Below, one piece after another: positions 1 to 8,189 of a stretch of 24,000 nt of DNA; the stretch's first letter is position 1, and each line of letters starts with the position of its first letter. The position numbers and the translations under genes were made by a program. The notes beneath the pieces are model-generated. The model had not been told where the DNA came from. It saw nothing but the letters and a program-made list of their open reading frames with translations, and did not search any database. The DNA lies in contig NZ_FWWT01000016.1 of NCBI RefSeq assembly GCF_900176035.1, positions 56,409 through 80,408 on the forward strand. Reading direction: 5' to 3'. This DNA is from Desulfonispora thiosulfatigenes DSM 11270 (GTDB lineage: Bacteria; Bacillota; Peptococcia; Peptococcales; Desulfonisporaceae).

Positions 1-646
1 CATAAGTAAGAGGGAAATAATTTATATTTTTAGAATTAATAACGGGGTACTCAGAATTAAAATTATCCCCATCTATAGTAATTGTTTTATTTACTTTTTG
101 AATAGTCGCATTTTTTCCCCAATAGGAAGTGCCAGTTTGAAAACTAGGAGTAAATGGTTTTGATGTTGGAACAGTTGATTTACTATTAATTATGATACTA
201 TAAGGATTGTCCCATGTATACGTAACATTTAGATAAGTCAAAATATCATAAGTTAAAGGCACATATGTAATGTCCTGGTAAACAATGGGGGGATATTCTG
301 CTGTGCTAGTGTTTATATTAACCCCATTTAATTTCACTGGAAAGTTAGGGACTTGAGCCTTTATTGAATTATTATTAATAGCATTTACATTAGAAGAACT
401 AGATTTGTTGACATTACTGGAGATTGCTGGAACACTTTTTTGAAATCTACTAGAATATGGACAAATACCACCAGAATGAAGATGAGCAGGATATCCTCCG
501 CAATGATAGTGATATGAACCAAGTCCACTTTTGTTTTTATTGTCTTTATGACCTCCTTGAGCGTCAGTTCTTCCTGAATGTCCTAATGATGGAGATGTCA
601 GAAGCAGCAGAAATACGAGTACAATACTAAAAATTCTTTTTTTCAT
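1..646 (-). CDS. Secreted YHYH-domain protein, partial (runs off the left edge of the window)
   Basis: Minus-strand ATG at 646-644, with AGGAGG (complement of 655-660) 8 nt upstream. My translation is MKKRIFSIVLVFLLLLTSPSLGHSGRTDAQGGHKDNKNKSGLGSYHYHCGGYPAHLHSGG..., open to position 1. It has a signal-peptide-like N-terminus and the GSYHYHCGG motif. The later NG.NI....PIVYQDITYVPL segment resembles a copper-amine-oxidase N-terminal-like repeat. It is absent from the ORF track because it is truncated by the window edge. Confidence 0.7.
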   Translation of the reverse strand, partial: MKKRIFSIVLVFLLLLTSPSLGHSGRTDAQGGHKDNKNKSGLGSYHYHCGGYPAHLHSGGICPYSSRFQKSVPAISSNVNKSSSSNVNAINNNSIKAQVPNFPVKLNGVNINTSTAEYPPIVYQDITYVPLTYDILTYLNVTYTWDNPYSIIINSKSTVPTSKPFTPSFQTGTSYWGKNATIQKVNKTITIDGDNFNSEYPVINSKNINYFPLTY

Positions 647-1115
647 TTACAAGACCTCCTAATAATTTAAATAATAAATCCTTAGACATAAGCTATTTAT
701 CTAAAGATGTTGAACTTTAATAAATAATATTTATTAAAGTTTCATTTAACCTAAGTTATTGACTATACATTCAATAATTAACAAAACTTTACAAGTATAT
801 TAATATTCCTTCAATAATTCCATACTCCTTCTCAAAACTTTCGTCTTATTTCGACAAAAAAAGGGTGCTGTTTCTAAATGCTAAGGTATGGAGTCCTATG
901 CTCAATCCAGGAAAAAGTCCTTATGCCTTTTTAGTGGCTGGGTATTAATGAATTCAAATAAGTTTAATGGAAATGTTCCACAAAAGCCCTACGCAATTAA
1001 TTACAACACACCACACATTTTCTAAAAACATAGCTTCAGGAGCTTTTGCTTGTGTTGCTTTTTTTTGCCCACTATGTTTGGGTAACATTACTACATTGAA
1101 AGGAGGTGAGCAGTT

Positions 1116-1184
1116 ATGCTTAAAGTTAAATATCCAGTAGGCAATAATTTATACCGAGCAATAGAATTAAATCTGAACACCTGA
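1116..1184 (+). CDS. Putative 22-aa leader-type micro-ORF (MLKVKYPVGNNLYRAIELNLNT)
   Basis: A very strong RBS (GAAAGGAGGTGAG) sits 6 nt before the ATG at 1116. The stop is at 1182-1184, immediately followed by a hairpin and T-run. There is no similarity evidence. Confidence 0.2.
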   Translation: MLKVKYPVGNNLYRAIELNLNT

Positions 1185-1187
1185 TAG

Positions 1188-1232
1188 CCAGATAGGCGCT
1201 AATTAATTAGCCGTTATCTGGTTATTTTTTTT
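1188..1232 (+). terminator. Hairpin plus T-run, a possible intrinsic terminator or attenuator upstream of the sigma-like gene
   Basis: The arms ccagata..ctaatt / aattag..ttatctgg form an imperfect stem with an internal mismatched block. The stem is followed by ttattttttttg. Confidence 0.4.
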
Positions 1233-1315
1233 GTCTTTTTTTAGGACAAACCCTGCCTATTCCTTGTGCAGGCAAGTTACATCCATTACCAAAATAAATT
1301 TTTAGGAGGATTCAC

Positions 1316-1804
1316 ATGTTAAAAACTAATAAAGATATGAAAAAATTAGGAAGATTTCTTACAAGGACACCTAAGAAAGAGGATTTTACAGAATATGTTT
1401 ACAGCTTTGTTGATGGTACTAAAGCCGTAATACCTAGAAGTGATTTAAGTGCAGAGGTAGATGAACTTCTGTATACAGAGCTTAAAAGAGAAACTAATAA
1501 CAATGAAGTTCAAATAGAAAAGCACCGATCTTACGCAAAGGAGCAAGAAAGTCAAGATATCCTTCTTAACATGCAAGCCTCAGATGATGATGTAGAAGAA
1601 ATGGTTCTTAAAGACCTTGAATCAGAGGCACTTCGTAAAGCTATCCAATCATTACTCCCAAGGCAGAAAAGAGTAATCTTTAAAAAGTATTTTTTAAATA
1701 AGACTAATACCCTAATAGGTAAAGAAGAAGGTGTCACAGAAGGAGCCATCAGAGCTACTTTAAAAAGAGCCCACAAAAATCTTCAGAAACAAATTCACAA
1801 ATAG
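1316..1804 (+). CDS. Small sigma-70 region-4-like HTH protein (mobile-element-type sigma or transcriptional regulator)
   Basis: AGGAGG lies 7 nt upstream of the ATG. The C-terminal LLPRQKRVIFKKYFLNKTNTLIGKEEGVTEGAIRATLKRAHKNLQ matches the region-4 pattern (LP.rqr.v......s..eIa...gvs.gav...l.ra...L). No region 2 is evident. Confidence 0.55.
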   Translation: MLKTNKDMKKLGRFLTRTPKKEDFTEYVYSFVDGTKAVIPRSDLSAEVDELLYTELKRETNNNEVQIEKHRSYAKEQESQDILLNMQASDDDVEEMVLKDLESEALRKAIQSLLPRQKRVIFKKYFLNKTNTLIGKEEGVTEGAIRATLKRAHKNLQKQIHK

Positions 1805-1808
1805 TTAG

Positions 1809-1860
1809 CCGTGCCAGGTACTTAACTTATTAACCTATTCAACATTCTGATAATTGTAAC
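1809..1860 (+). repeat. Cassette-boundary repeat copy 1, long form
   Basis: The core ccgtgccaggtacttaacttatt spans 1809-1831 and starts 5 nt after the sigma-like stop codon. The extension taacctattcaacattctgataattgtaac is shared with copy 6 (13601-13629). Confidence 0.85.
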
Positions 1861-1875
1861 CGTCAAATAGAAGTG

Positions 1876-1925
1876 TAAGCAATACAGATTGCCAAGTAAA
1901 TTTACTTGGTAATCTGCATTGCTTA
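1876..1925. repeat. 50-bp near-perfect palindrome (25-nt arms, 23/25 complementary)
   Basis: The arms are taagcaatacagattgccaagtaaa and tttacttggtaatctgcattgctta. They abut with no spacer, and no T-run follows. Confidence 0.8.
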
Positions 1926-2011
1926 GATTACATAATAAATGGGGTTGTATAAGCATACTATATGGACTTATTGTCTAATATAAGTAGGTAGGAGAAAATA
2001 GTTGAAAATCC

Positions 2012-2048
2012 AAAACATAGTCAAAAATTAAGTAAATGAGTATGTTTT
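2012..2048 (+). repeat. Hairpin repeat family H, copy 1
   Basis: The sequence aacatagtca-(13 nt)-tgagtatgtt is followed by Ts. It shares stem sequence and the downstream 'a(t/a)gagaagata(g/a)aa' with the copy at 22008-22047. Confidence 0.6.
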
Positions 2049-2122
2049 TAAATCTATGAGAAGATAGAAAACAAGCAAGATAACTAAAATAAGAACGTGC
2101 TTAAGAACATACTCAAATAATA

Positions 2123-2158
2123 AGAACATAGTCAAATATTAGACAAATGACTATGTTT
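2123..2158 (+). repeat. Hairpin repeat family H, copy 2
   Basis: The sequence agaacatagtcaaatattagacaaatgactatgttt has perfect 11-bp arms. It is preceded by three 'aagaac' direct repeats at 2092-2128. Confidence 0.6.
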
Positions 2159-2179
2159 ATGTGAAAATAAAAAACCTAA

Positions 2180-2202
2180 TCGTGCCAGGCACTTAACTTA
2201 TA
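2180..2202 (+). repeat. Cassette-boundary repeat copy 2
   Basis: The sequence is tcgtgccaggcacttaacttata. Confidence 0.85.
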
Positions 2203-2380
2203 CTGTTTATCTTCCCTAGACATCTAATGAAGTTTATGTTTATTTTTAAAATGAGCATAACCAACCTATAGTTCAGGCATAATATAAGTAGGGACTATTT
2301 TGCATCGGGTATCTTTTAATTGTGTTTCATGCAGACTTAAGATAAAATTAATATATTATTTTTTAGATGGATGTGGCTAT

Positions 2381-2917
2381 ATGAAAGAATTTATGGAAGA
2401 TGGAAATCTCTTTCCGGGAATACACTCTTATTCTTATGAAACATTTGAAGAGCAATTTGTTGCTGAATTTACAACTTCATCTACAAGAGGTGAAATTTAT
2501 AAAGGTCTTAAGGAATGGTTGCGATTGTTAATGGATGTCCTATCACCAAGGTATATTTGGTTAGATGGAAGTTATTTAACAACTAAAATAGATCCAAATG
2601 ATATTGATTTAGTTGTTTTTTATAGACCTGAGGATATCATGAAATTAGGTGAGGATGGAACAAGACAATTAGGAAATATTATAAACCAAATATCTTTAAA
2701 ATATGATTGCGATGCTTATTTCTGTTATACTTTAGATCATTTATCACCAGAAGATGTCGCAGCTAAATTTAAGGGTCAAGAAAAAATTATGCAAACATAT
2801 TGGATGGGTCAATTTGGCTTTGATCGTACTAGAAAACCGAAAGGTATCATAGAAATTAATAAAGAAGTAATAGAAAAGATGTTAGGAGGTGTTAAAAATG
2901 ATATTGCCTCTGAATAG
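2381..2917 (+). CDS. Minimal nucleotidyltransferase (Pol-beta fold, MNT-like) protein
   Basis: The motif WLDGSYLTTKIDPNDIDLVVFY is the GS...(D/N)DxD signature of minimal NTases. I place the start at ATG 2381 (MKEFMEDG...) rather than the TTG at 2300 used in the track. Confidence 0.6.
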   Translation: MKEFMEDGNLFPGIHSYSYETFEEQFVAEFTTSSTRGEIYKGLKEWLRLLMDVLSPRYIWLDGSYLTTKIDPNDIDLVVFYRPEDIMKLGEDGTRQLGNIINQISLKYDCDAYFCYTLDHLSPEDVAAKFKGQEKIMQTYWMGQFGFDRTRKPKGIIEINKEVIEKMLGGVKNDIASE

Positions 2918-3854
2918 GGCTGATGAAAAACTTAAAGAAACTGAAACATTTATTAAGGAGGTTGATGAAATACTTAACAAACTGGAATTGCCTGATTTTG
3001 CTAAGGAAATTCAATTAAACTCATTAAATAGAAGAGCGGAGAAGATGAAAAAAGAGTGTGAAAAGGTTCAACGTACAAGTGAATCTGAAGAGTTAATATT
3101 AACCTTACATCCTAAAGATTTACCATCAGGTCAAATATCTGTAAGGTCTTTAACAACTATTTTAGGTGGTTTTCAAGATCTTTCAGATAGTATAGCAAAT
3201 ACTTTATATAATCAACCTAGTGAAAAAGGAAAGATACCTCAAGATATTTTGGAATTTAATGAAATGATATTTAAAGAAGCAAGAACAGGATCATTTATAG
3301 CTGTATTAGATTTAAAGCATACTTCCAAAAACTTGATTGATGAACCTGTTCAGTCTCAAACTTTAGCAGAACTATTTAAGCTTCTATCTTCATCAGATGG
3401 TGAAGAATCCTTAAGTGAGTCAATTTCATTTTTAGGACCTCGTGCATTAAGAAAATACTCTGAATGGACGAAGTCAATAAAGGACTTAGATACAACAGTA
3501 GAGCTTGCGTGGACCTCTTCATATAAAGGATATTCAAAAGTAGCTATAAATCCTGAAAAGGCATGGAATATTTATAAAAGACTAAGTGACTTCTCGCAAT
3601 CATCAGAAGAAGAAATAATCTTAACCGGACGGTTAATGGGGGCAAATGTTAGGACGAAAACCTTTGAGATAAGTGATGAAAATGGGGAGAAAATCACAGG
3701 AAGAATAAGTAAAGATGCTCTTTCGGAAGTTGCATCATTTGTTCTTGATAAACCATGTAATGCTACATTGCTGAAGGTTATAACTAAAAGTAGTTCTAGA
3801 GAAAAGATTTCTTGGACTTTAAAATCTATAGTAGAAAACGAAGAAGAGATATAA
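2898..3854 (+). CDS. Hypothetical 318-aa protein, translationally coupled to the upstream nucleotidyltransferase
   Basis: AGGAGG at 2884-2889 lies 8 nt before ATG 2898. The gene overlaps the upstream one by 20 nt. The N-terminus is coiled-coil-like, and I recognise no motif. Confidence 0.6.
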   Translation: MILPLNRADEKLKETETFIKEVDEILNKLELPDFAKEIQLNSLNRRAEKMKKECEKVQRTSESEELILTLHPKDLPSGQISVRSLTTILGGFQDLSDSIANTLYNQPSEKGKIPQDILEFNEMIFKEARTGSFIAVLDLKHTSKNLIDEPVQSQTLAELFKLLSSSDGEESLSESISFLGPRALRKYSEWTKSIKDLDTTVELAWTSSYKGYSKVAINPEKAWNIYKRLSDFSQSSEEEIILTGRLMGANVRTKTFEISDENGEKITGRISKDALSEVASFVLDKPCNATLLKVITKSSSREKISWTLKSIVENEEEI

Positions 3855-3873
3855 TTTATTTAATTTTAACACC

Positions 3874-3904
3874 GCCCATTATTGAAGTTGATAATGGGCT
3901 TTTT
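3874..3904 (+). terminator. Intrinsic terminator
   Basis: The sequence gcccattat-tgaagttg-ataatgggc forms a perfect 9-bp stem followed by ttttt, 20 nt after the stop at 3854. Confidence 0.8.
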
Positions 3905-3936
3905 AGCATAGCTAATAACCCCAGTAACGTCGTTTG

Positions 3937-3959
3937 CCGTGCCAGGCACTTAACTTATT
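3937..3959 (+). repeat. Cassette-boundary repeat copy 3
   Basis: The sequence ccgtgccaggcacttaacttatt matches the consensus exactly. Confidence 0.9.
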
Positions 3960-4246
3960 CCAATATTTCCGATGAATTAGGTATTTAAATTAAAGGTTTA
4001 TACAAAACCGTTAAATTTAAAAGGTAACTGGGTATACTAAAAGTATCTAATCTAATTTAAGACAATATCTTATGAATTGAATAGATTCCAAAGAAATGAA
4101 GAACGGATTATACAAGGTTTTATATATAGTATATTTAATTTAAGCTTTATAATAATATGATATAATTCTTAATATATATATTTTAGATAATTAGAGTATT
4201 TATAATAGATTTATAATGTGATTATTCATGGGATTGGAGGGATAAC

Positions 4247-4513
4247 ATGAAATTAGAAATAAAGAACATAGGGAAGATAGAAGATATCAATGAACTGAGA
4301 GAAAAAATCCTAGAAATTTTGGAAGTTTCAAATGATAGGATTTTAAGAAAATTGATAATGGATAGAATGAATTCGGAGTTTAATGGACAAATTAATAATA
4401 TTTATTTTCCTGGGGAAGAGGGAAAAATAAAATTAAAAATACAAGATGAAATATATAAAAAATTAATGAGACCTCTTGAAAAATTACAAATTGAGAAGTA
4501 TAAGAATGATTAA
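4247..4513 (+). CDS. Hypothetical 88-aa protein, possibly the 5' part of a frameshifted longer gene
   Basis: The RBS GGAGGG lies 7 nt before the ATG. A second frame stays open from 4515 to about 4790 (FKPKEIAKRQELNNYKLSKNEVQESGNFDDFIKEMENLADEN...) without a start of its own. Confidence 0.35.
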   Translation: MKLEIKNIGKIEDINELREKILEILEVSNDRILRKLIMDRMNSEFNGQINNIYFPGEEGKIKLKIQDEIYKKLMRPLEKLQIEKYKND

Positions 4514-4739
4514 TTTAAACCTAAAGAAATTGCAAAGAGGCAAGAATTAAATAATTATAAGTTAAGTAAGAATGAGGTTCAAGAAAGTGGAAATTTTGAT
4601 GACTTTATTAAAGAAATGGAAAATCTAGCTGATGAAAATATTGATTTTTTTGGATTAGAAGCTAGGTTTGGTAAAATATATTTAAATACTGTAAAAACCT
4701 ATGACAAAGTTGAATTTGAAGATAAATTTGTTAACAAGT

Positions 4740-4919
4740 ATTGTAAGTCTAGCAGCCCAAACAGGAGTGGAAAGATTACTAAATAACCCCCCGGTAAAAT
4801 CGGAAGGCAGTGCTGCACACAGGGTATTTAACATCGGCAACAACTCCCCTGAGACTTCCATTGAAGAAGGACTGCAGAAGTTTACAGATTGGTATGTGGG
4901 GTATTATGGGGTGAAGTAA
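4740..4919 (+). pseudogene. C-terminal fragment of an NAD-dependent sugar-nucleotide epimerase (UDP-glucuronate 4-epimerase type) with an internal deletion
   Basis: GVERLLNNPPVKSEGSAAHRVFNIGNNSPE|TSIEEGLQKFTDWYVGYYGVK* matches the family C-terminus (..aPyrvyNIGnn.P ... t.ieeG...F..WY..YY). About 55 aa are missing at the bar. The left boundary is approximate. Track ORF 4701-4919 fuses unrelated sequence to it. Confidence 0.6.
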
Positions 4920-4965
4920 AACCTAGGTTAGACGATTTATTCTAAGTGAAAGGATGTTTTAAAAC

Positions 4966-5226
4966 ATGAACATTCTCGTAACTGGCGGAGCCGGCTATAT
5001 CGGCTCACACACACTTGCGTAGAGTTACTCAAAAATAACCATTCCATTATCATAGCCGATAATTTAAGTAATAGCAAAATTGAAACAATAACTAAAATTA
5101 AAAAAATATCAGGTAAAGATGTTATCTTTTATGAGGTAGATGTGACAGAAGAAGTAGCAGTTGAAGAAATCTTCAAAAACCATAAAATCGACGGCATAAT
5201 CCACTTCGCGGGCCTTAAAGCAGCTT
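4966..5226 (+). pseudogene. galE: UDP-glucose 4-epimerase N-terminal fragment, frameshifted and truncated
   Basis: MNILVTGGAGYIGSHT is followed, after a frameshift near 5008-5015, by CVELLKNNHSIIIADNLSNSKIETITKIKKISGKDVIFYEVDVTEEVAVEEIFKNHKIDGIIHFAGLKAA. This is the Rossmann GxxGxxG N-terminus typical of GalE. Homology ends near 5226. Confidence 0.7.
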
Positions 5227-5354
5227 AAACTCGTTTTAGCTTGTGCTTAGTTAAGGCAGGAAGAATTATTAGCAAACTGGACTTTAGCATTGAATAGTGA
5301 ACTTCCTTTTAAAATAGACCCATTAAAATAGGGAGGTTGAATTTATGTATTTAG

Positions 5355-5382
5355 CCGTGCTAGGTACTTAACTTATTAACCT
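5355..5382 (+). repeat. Cassette-boundary repeat copy 4
   Basis: The sequence ccgtgctaggtacttaacttattaacct shares the 'aacct' extension with copies 1 and 6. Confidence 0.85.
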
Positions 5383-5659
5383 AAAGATAATCCATATAAG
5401 TACATCAAGAGAACGGGCATAAGCTGGAAACAGAGATGTCCGCTTTTAAACAAAGTAATTTACAAAGTATCCCATCAATAGGTGGATTAGTGTTGGATTA
5501 TAATGTTATAAATATTAAATAAAAAGTAGTAATATTTATGGATTCTAGGATATAATATTAATATGGAACAAAAACTCATAGGAGTTTTTAGCGAGAGGGT
5601 GCCTGCACCAACTCGCATTTTTTGTGTCAAAAACTAAACCCCACTTTTTAGTAATGTGC

Positions 5660-6102
5660 GTAACTGTCAAAGATTTTCCTCATATGAAGGGGTTATATAA
5701 AACAGGATACTTCAAAGACCCAATAATTTTATATGACTATCAAAAAACTAGATCAAGCTCCTATAATAGATGAATTTATAGCCTATGTAGATAAAGAGAT
5801 CTTGGGTGCAGTACCCAAAAGTCCATTAGGACAAGCCCTAGATTATACTAAAAAACTTTTGCCAAACTTTAAAACATTTTTAGAAGATGGAGCTTTAGAA
5901 ATAGATAATAATGCATCTGAAAGAGCTATAAAACCATTTGTAGTGGGCCGCAAAAGCCAATGACCCAATAGTAGAAAAATATTTAATAAATAGGCTCCAT
6001 TTTAAAACCCCAGTAGAAAGCAAATATTAACTATGCTTACTACTGGGATTATTGTATCATTTGATATTTGTTAATACTATACGTCAATTCGTTGACGCTT
6101 AC
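5660..6102 (+). mobile_element. Internally deleted IS66-family remnant (~440 bp) that keeps both ends
   Basis: The left end gtaactgtcaaagattttcc (5660) is identical to the sequence at 13347. The right end ...cgtcaattcgttgacgcttac (to 6102) reads gtaagcgtcaacgaattgacg on the other strand. Both ends start GTAA, as IS66 inverted repeats do. ORF 5733-5963 (..LPKSPLGQALDYTKKLLPNFKTFLEDGALEIDNNASERAIKPFVVGRK) is the conserved C-terminus of the IS66 TnpC transposase. The region between the left end and 'ttttcctcatatgaag' is deleted relative to 13347-13500. Confidence 0.75.
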
Positions 6103-6167
6103 AGAAAAACTAGTAAAATTACATCTTATATAATTTATTCGTAAGTGTTACAATTTTTCTTGACCAG

Positions 6168-6219
6168 GAAATAAAGACAAAAGAGTTGGTATAAATACCA
6201 ACTCTTTTGTCTTTATTTC
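6168..6219. repeat. Perfect 24-bp inverted repeat with a 4-nt loop
   Basis: The sequence is gaaataaagacaaaagagttggta-taaa-taccaactcttttgtctttatttc. It lies between the IS66 right end and the next ORF. Confidence 0.85.
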
Positions 6220-6351
6220 TTAGGGAAAAAGAATCAATGGGTCGAAAAAATTCGAGGTTCCATTGAGTATTTCCCTTTATTTATTATTTAGTATATACTA
6301 TATATTAAGGTTATATTCATTTTTTGTCAAGAGAAAAATAAGGGGATAATA

Positions 6352-7551
6352 ATGAAAAGAAAATTCAATGATAACAGGATTAAAAATAATATAAATCTAA
6401 ATGAAGCGGGAAAATTTTTTATTCAGCGAGTTTTGGAAATTTTAGATCCAAAAACTATACCCGCCTATTCTATTAAATTTCTAAATTCACATATAGCCTT
6501 ACAAGAATTATTAGATGTATGTGATAAAACAATGAAAGAAATATATAAACATGATCACCTAAACCCTGTAATAAAAGAAGTCAGGACTATCATTCTTAAA
6601 GATAGCCTATTAGATAAATATGCTACTGCATACAAAAAAATAATTATTAGTAGCTTGGATATAACAAACAAGAATAAAAACTTACTCTATAATAGACTTA
6701 AGTATCATATTAAGCATGCTTTAAATCATCTTAAAACCAAATACCTAGAATGGATAATATATTCCAGAAAGTTAATATTACTGTGAAGAAAGGTTCATAT
6801 ATTATTGATAATTACCATAAAGTTTTCGATTTGAATCGAAGATTAAAAAGTGACGAGTATTATATTATTGAAAAAGCATGCTCTTACGATTATTTTTCGG
6901 CAATAGATAACTCATGGGAAAACCTGGTCAAAAAATTTGATGTACTTTCTTTTTATGGTTATAAAATTCCTGAATTAATTATGGCTCCATTTTCCTTTGT
7001 ACCAAATGTAAATTTAGTCATTCACAATAGAAATGTTGCCTTATTTGATGAAAAACCTCAAAATGAAGCTCCTGCAGATTTATTGGATCAATTTATAAAA
7101 ATCGATAGACCTGATAGCATACCTATTATAAAAATAAAAAGGACCTTTGAATTTATTCGTATGAGTAAAGATTCTTTATCAAATGAAACAAAATTTTTAA
7201 ATCAGTGGGTTGCATTAGAGTCATTTGTTAAATCTAATCATTACAGTAGTATTATTGTAAATATCTGCGGTGTTGTTCCTAATGTCATTTTTACAAGAAA
7301 TATTTTTAGATTACTAAGGGGAAAAAAACGAGAATATTTCCCTTTTTTATAACCATCTTAATCATTACTTGAACAACCTATTATCAGAAATAATTTTTAA
7401 ACTCAATAACAATAATTACGAAACAATTGATGAAATTTTCTCTGCTATGAAGGATAATTATAAAGCTACAATTGATGTTCTGGGTTCTATTAAACCAAAA
7501 GATAATTTAAATAGTTATATAAAACTTCTACTTAATGGAGCCTTGTTCTAA
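6352..7551 (+). pseudogene. Unknown ~400-aa gene broken into three frames (6352-6786, 6750-7352, 7369-7551)
   Basis: Three consecutive + strand ORFs in frames 1/3/1 overlap or abut, with a single good RBS (AAGGGG) before 6352. I recognise no family motif with confidence. Confidence 0.45.
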
Positions 7552-7564
7552 ATGAATGTGATGA

Positions 7565-7586
7565 CGGTGCCAGTCACTTAATTTAC
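7565..7586 (+). repeat. Cassette-boundary repeat copy 5, diverged
   Basis: The sequence cggtgccagtcacttaatttac starts 14 nt after the stop at 7551. Confidence 0.7.
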
Positions 7587-7869
7587 TTTGCTGAGACTGA
7601 CTTTGTCGACAATCCAGTATCACTTTATGAGGCGACTAAAAGGTCAAACGAACTCATAGCTCATACCTATAGCCACCCGTATAAAATCCCAGCTACGACC
7701 TTTATTAGCGCCTTAGAAAAAGCCCTAACTAAAGCACTAGGAAAAACAGTAGAATTTGAAAAAAATATACGAACCCGTTAAACCAGGCGACGTCCCCAAG
7801 GCGTATGCCTCTACCGATTTACTACAAGAGTGCGTAGACTTTAAACCCCAGACCTCGATTGAAGAAGCG
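7587..7869 (+). pseudogene. Internal fragments of a second NAD-dependent epimerase gene (deletion plus frameshift)
   Basis: FAETDFVDNPVSLYEATKRSNELIAHTYSHPYKIPATT|FISALEKALTKALGKTVEFEK reads on, after a frameshift in the A-run near 7760, to KIYEPVKPGDVPKAYASTDLLQECVDFKPQTSIEE. The catalytic YxxxK region (SLYEATK) is present. The fragment begins directly at the end of repeat copy 5. Homology stops after TSIEE. Confidence 0.65.
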
Positions 7870-8189
7870 AAGATCCCAATTCATCATTTTGCATTCAAAG
7901 AGATTATGCATTTCTATGCAAAAAATTTAAAGCAAATAATGAGTTCCGGGCTTTTCTCTTTTGAAAAAGTGACTATAACCTGTCAACTTTGAAAGAAAAG
8001 GTCACAGGGGCAGGGCATTTATACCATTTAGAAGACATGTATGTTTAGAATTTCATCGGTAAAAGATATGATGTTGGGAATATATATATAACAAAAGAAC
8101 TATAAAACCCTACAGCTGTAGTTAATGTGGTGAGAAAGGTTATCGAGAGTTATGAAAAGTTTTTATTGAGTTAAATAATTGGAGGAAAA

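Noticed and set aside
1552-1776. Antisense ORF inside the sigma-like gene
   Set aside because: It is a shadow ORF fully nested opposite a better-supported gene, with no RBS. The same reasoning applies to 11128-11373 (-), 16650-16874 (-), 19253-19435 (-), 20861-21094 (-), 21709-21918 (-) and 22305-22505 (+).
2300-2380. The TTG-initiated 27-codon N-terminal extension of the nucleotidyltransferase ORF
   Set aside because: There is no RBS, the extension has odd Cys/Phe-rich composition, and the family-like sequence begins at ATG 2381.
4701-4919. Track ORF treated as an intact 72-aa gene
   Set aside because: Its C-terminal two-thirds is an internally deleted epimerase C-terminus. The ATG and first ~13 codons are fortuitous upstream sequence.
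5733-5963. Track ORF treated as a functional transposase gene
   Set aside because: Only the last ~75 aa of an IS66 TnpC (normally ~500 aa) are present, and the ORF ends prematurely (GRKSQ*).
7756-7992. Track ORF treated as an intact 78-aa gene
   Set aside because: Residues 1-37 are the frameshifted continuation of the epimerase fragment (PGDVP..TSIEE). The rest is read-through past the breakpoint.
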